Source: a virus
Length of the DNA: 7,632 nucleotides
Direction: 5' to 3' (one strand)
Virus record (IMG/VR): IMGVR_UViG_3300029397_000005
Span: 1-7,632 of that record
Position 1 is the first letter of the stretch. Every line of letters starts with the position of its first letter. Below, one piece after another: positions 5,800-7,632 of the stretch. The notes under the pieces are model-generated. The model saw only the letters and a program-made list of their open reading frames with translations, was not told where the DNA came from and ran no database searches. The position numbers and the translations under genes are program-made.

Positions 5800-6012
5800 T
5801 CAGGACAGCGCGGAACGCACCCAGCGGAAGGCCTTCACCCCCACATAGATCAGCAGCACAGCAGCACCGATCAAGCCAATGGGCGCAGCTTGCGCACCGA
5901 TGTCAGTCACGACACCGGCAACATCCACAGCAGCGGCATTAGCAGCCGATGCGGCAGCAACAGCACCAGCGGCAACAGCAGCACGCAGGGCAAGGGTCTT
6001 GGAAGTACGCAT
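5800..6012 (-). CDS. pVIII-like major coat protein precursor (70 aa)
   Basis: A signal peptide ends in ASAANA. The mature part of about 44 aa has an acidic N terminus (AAVDVAGVVTD), a hydrophobic core (IGLIGAAVLLIYVGV) and a basic C terminus (KAFRWVRSALS). The SD GAGGAG lies 7 nt upstream of the ATG. Confidence 0.9.
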   Translation of the reverse strand: MRTSKTLALRAAVAAGAVAAASAANAAAVDVAGVVTDIGAQAAPIGLIGAAVLLIYVGVKAFRWVRSALS

Positions 6013-6017
6013 AGGAA

Positions 6018-6221
6018 TTACTCCTCGTTAGGTTGATTTCCGTCGGTATCTCTGAGCGTCTGAATGAGCACACGAAAGGCCCATCCAGCAGCCCAGACCA
6101 GCAGGACGGCACCGCTGATTGCTGCGCCTTCTTCCGTGGTCAGGTTGAGCACGGGGAAGACAAATTCATGCTGCACGGTGACCGTGCAGGCTTGAGAGCA
6201 TTGAATGACCTGCTCGGTCAC
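6018..6221 (-). CDS. Small membrane protein (67 aa from the GTG at 6221); re-called from track ORF 6018..6374
   Basis: The C-terminal TM segment is AAISGAVLLVWAAGWAFRVLI. The GTG start overlaps the stop of the upstream 35-aa ORF (GTGA). GGTGG lies about 6 nt upstream. The exact start is uncertain. Confidence 0.55.
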   Translation of the reverse strand: MTEQVIQCSQACTVTVQHEFVFPVLNLTTEEGAAISGAVLLVWAAGWAFRVLIQTLRDTDGNQPNEE

Positions 6222-6325
6222 AGAGCACCACCGCAGAGAGGACGCCGAAAAGCGATGATCTGTGCCACGACGCAGAAAGCACTGAGCAGGTGCGCCACCA
6301 GAAGGAGGACTAGCGGCCACGTCAT
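6218..6325 (-). CDS. 35-aa hydrophobic protein, pVII/pIX-like minor coat candidate (not in the ORF track)
   Basis: The hand translation is MTWPLVLLLVAHLLSAFCVVAQIIAFRRPLCGGAL. The SD GGGAG lies 8 nt upstream. The ATG overlaps the stop of the upstream gene (ATGA). GC3 is about 66 % in this frame against about 47 % for the overlapping 118-aa frame. Confidence 0.65.
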   Translation of the reverse strand: MTWPLVLLLVAHLLSAFCVVAQIIAFRRPLCGGAL

Positions 6326-6660
6326 GTAGCACGCTCCCAATCAGCGCGACCACCGCAGGTAACGCAGACGCCACCTACCCACTCGTGAGTCGAGTAGTTT
6401 TCAGTGCAGTAGTGGCCAGGAGGGTCACTAGGGTCAGGGGCACCGGGAGCCGGCAACGGAGCCGCCGAAGAAGCAGCGCGAGCACGAGCAGCCTTGATGC
6501 GCTTATGACGGTCAACCAAGTAGCCGATACCTGAAACCATCCCAAGCCCGGATGCTTGGATCAAGTCCCAGATAACAGCACCCACCAAACCACCCAGCAG
6601 CGCGACGACGATCATCACGCGGATGAAGTGCTCAAACTGTTCAGGGGTGAGCGTGACCAT
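6322..6660 (-). CDS. Membrane protein (112 aa) with a Pro/Ala linker and a C-terminal Cys/His cluster
   Basis: TM segments lie in IRVMIVVALLGGLVGAVIWDLIQASGLGMVSGIGYLV. A basic stretch follows, then the linker APLPAPGAPDPSDPP, then HYCTENYSTHEWVGGVCVTCGG. Codon usage is coding-like. The gene starts 2 nt after the ssb stop. Confidence 0.7.
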   Translation of the reverse strand: MVTLTPEQFEHFIRVMIVVALLGGLVGAVIWDLIQASGLGMVSGIGYLVDRHKRIKAARARAASSAAPLPAPGAPDPSDPPGHYCTENYSTHEWVGGVCVTCGGRADWERAT

Positions 6661-6662
6661 GA

Positions 6663-6968
6663 TCAGCCCTTAGCCTCAGAAGCTTGACGCTCTTGCTTGC
6701 TAGGGATGCGAGTCAGGCCAGTCAGGCGAGATTCGATCTTGCGAGTCTGATAGTGAGCAGCCAGCGTGAACGTGGCTGTGTAGTTGCCCGGCGTGAGATT
6801 GCCAATCATGTCCTTAGGCACATCCAGGACGCCGACCTGCGACACCTGACCGTCAGCATCAATCAAGATGCACTCGGCCTCTTGCATCGTCCAATTTTTG
6901 CCGTTCTTGCCAACCCCGGAACGGGAGTCATTGACCTTGAGAATTTGAACTACGGATGAATGCTGCAT
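6663..6968 (-). CDS. gV-like ssDNA-binding protein (101 aa)
   Basis: Size and position are typical for inovirus gV. The sequence is small and beta-rich (ILKVNDSRSGVGKNGKNWTMQEAECILIDADGQVSQVGVLDVP) with an acidic/polar tail. A strong SD GGAGG is present. Confidence 0.7.
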   Translation of the reverse strand: MQHSSVVQILKVNDSRSGVGKNGKNWTMQEAECILIDADGQVSQVGVLDVPKDMIGNLTPGNYTATFTLAAHYQTRKIESRLTGLTRIPSKQERQASEAKG

Positions 6969-7061
6969 ATGGCCTCCTATGGCGTGATATCCCCTGCAGA
7001 TGGGGCACTACGAGCAACAGCGCTCTGAGCTATCCCGCACGCGAGATAGCGCGGAGGGTTG

Positions 7062-7274
7062 TCACGGAAAGCATTCGTTGTTATTCCAAAGGCAATCAGC
7101 GCAGGCGCAGTAGCCCTCGTACGAGGTGTAAGAAAGGCGCTCGCCACACCAAGGGCAAAACCTGAATTTGAGGGTGTCAAAGGTGCCCCCCGCCTGACCG
7201 ACCTCGGCGGGAGCTACCACGCACGCGTCAGCGCTTTCGTGGTCAGCAGGGGGACGTACTTCGGGTGTAGGCAT
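7062..7274 (-). CDS. Small zinc-ribbon protein (70 aa from the ATG at 7274), first gene of the minus-strand operon
   Basis: CPWC...(12 aa)...CACADC gives a four-to-five-Cys ribbon pattern. GGAG lies 7 nt upstream of the ATG at 7274. The track start at 7298 is a TTG inside the operator region. Confidence 0.65.
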   Translation of the reverse strand: MPTPEVRPPADHESADACVVAPAEVGQAGGTFDTLKFRFCPWCGERLSYTSYEGYCACADCLWNNNECFP

Positions 7275-7293
7275 GTGGTAGCTCCATGAGAGA

Positions 7294-7329
7294 ATCAATT
7301 ACCAAATTGATCAATTTATCAATTTGATA
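7294..7329. promoter_or_regulatory. Operator array in the AT-rich divergent control region between the repressor and the structural operon
   Basis: Three nested dyads share the half-site ATCAA/TTGAT. They are ATCAATTaccaAATTGAT (7294-7311), the perfect 12-bp palindrome AATTGATCAATT (7305-7316), and TATCAAtTTGATA (7317-7329). The 7-mer ATCAATT occurs three times (7294, 7310, 7318). Local GC is far below the genome average. Confidence 0.6.
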
Positions 7330-7356
7330 ACTGGATGTTACAAGGAATTTACCAAA

Positions 7357-7632
7357 ATGGCAACAGATGAAGAAATCAGTCTGCTGATCGAGAAAGCCGC
7401 TGAAGCAGCAGGCAGTCAGACGCGACTAGCCGAACTCATAGGGATGCCAAAGAGCCACATCACGCAGATGAAGCAAGGCAAGCGTCATGTGAATTGGAGA
7501 GTGAGAGGGAAGCTTCGCGCTGTACTGGGCGAAGACCCTGCGCATGCATTCGTGGCAGCGATGCTCGAAGACCTAGATGACTCCGATAACGAGGACGAAA
7601 AAAAAGCCGCAGACGGCTTGAAGGCCATGCTT
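7357..7632 (+). CDS. XRE/Cro-CI-type helix-turn-helix repressor candidate, N-terminal part. It runs off the window end and continues at 96..251 on the circle (143 aa in total).
   Basis: Hand translation from the ATG at 7357 gives MATDEEISLLIEKAAEAAGSQTRLAELIGMPKSHITQMKQGKRHVNWRVRGKLRAVLGEDPAHAFVAAMLEDLDD... The segment SQTRLAELIGMPKSHITQMKQGKR is a typical HTH_3 pattern. AAGGA lies 10 nt upstream of the ATG. The gene is divergent from the structural operon across an operator-rich AT region. It is absent from the ORF track only because no stop occurs before the window end. Confidence 0.8.
   Translation, partial: MATDEEISLLIEKAAEAAGSQTRLAELIGMPKSHITQMKQGKRHVNWRVRGKLRAVLGEDPAHAFVAAMLEDLDDSDNEDEKKAADGLKAML
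7538..7632. repeat. Terminal direct repeat, copy 2 (duplicate of 1..95); the unit genome length is 7537 bp
   Basis: Same comparison as for copy 1. 7538 - 1 = 7537 gives the circle size. Confidence 0.95.

Noticed and set aside
6222-6374. N-terminal 51 aa of the 118-aa track ORF (GTG start at 6374)
   Set aside because: The SD is poor and GC3 is low (about 47 %). It overlaps the 112-aa gene by 53 nt. It is displaced by the better-supported 35-aa ORF in another frame.
6991-7038. tRNA-like fragments on the minus strand: GGGATAGCTCAGAGCGCTG (D-arm-like) and CCCC-ATCTGCA-GGGG (anticodon-arm-like)
   Set aside because: There is no T arm (no GGTTCGA-type loop) and no acceptor pairing. The D loop is too short, and position 37 of the putative anticodon loop is C. 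This is not a tRNA gene; it is at most a structured spacer or an old att relic.
7299-7356. Specific -35/-10 hexamer assignments in the divergent region (for example minus-strand TTGTAA-17 nt-GATAAA and plus-strand TTGATA)
   Set aside because: Several alternative 4/6 matches exist in this AT-rich stretch, and none is clearly best. I report the operators but not precise promoters.

Overview
The window is a complete, circularly permuted genome of a small temperate filamentous phage (inovirus-like), not a chromosome slice. Bases 1-95 recur exactly at 7538-7632, so the real unit is a 7537-bp circle. One gene, an XRE-type HTH repressor candidate (7357 -> 251), reads through the artificial junction. 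The minus strand carries an inovirus morphogenesis operon in classical order: a small zinc-ribbon protein, a gV-like ssDNA-binding protein, three small membrane proteins (one of 35 aa is missing from the ORF track), a pVIII-like major coat protein, a pIII-like Cys/Gly/Ser/Thr-rich adsorption protein, a pVI-like protein, and a Zot/pI P-loop assembly ATPase. There is no pIV secretin. Downstream lie about 1 kb of GC-rich, palindrome-dense sequence (1795-2789), then an HUH rolling-circle Rep with a two-tyrosine motif, then a 190-aa resolvase/invertase-type serine recombinase. An AT-rich divergent control region (7275-7356) with nested ATCAA/TTGAT palindromes separates the repressor from the structural operon. 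The least explained part is 1795-2529. It holds two coding-like orphan ORFs (74 aa minus, 94 aa plus) diverging from a 388-bp gap, stacked GC palindromes, and an 8-mer (CCTGCGGC) present four times and only there. A plus-strand intrinsic terminator there faces the rep start. All functional calls rest on motifs read by eye; no database search was possible.
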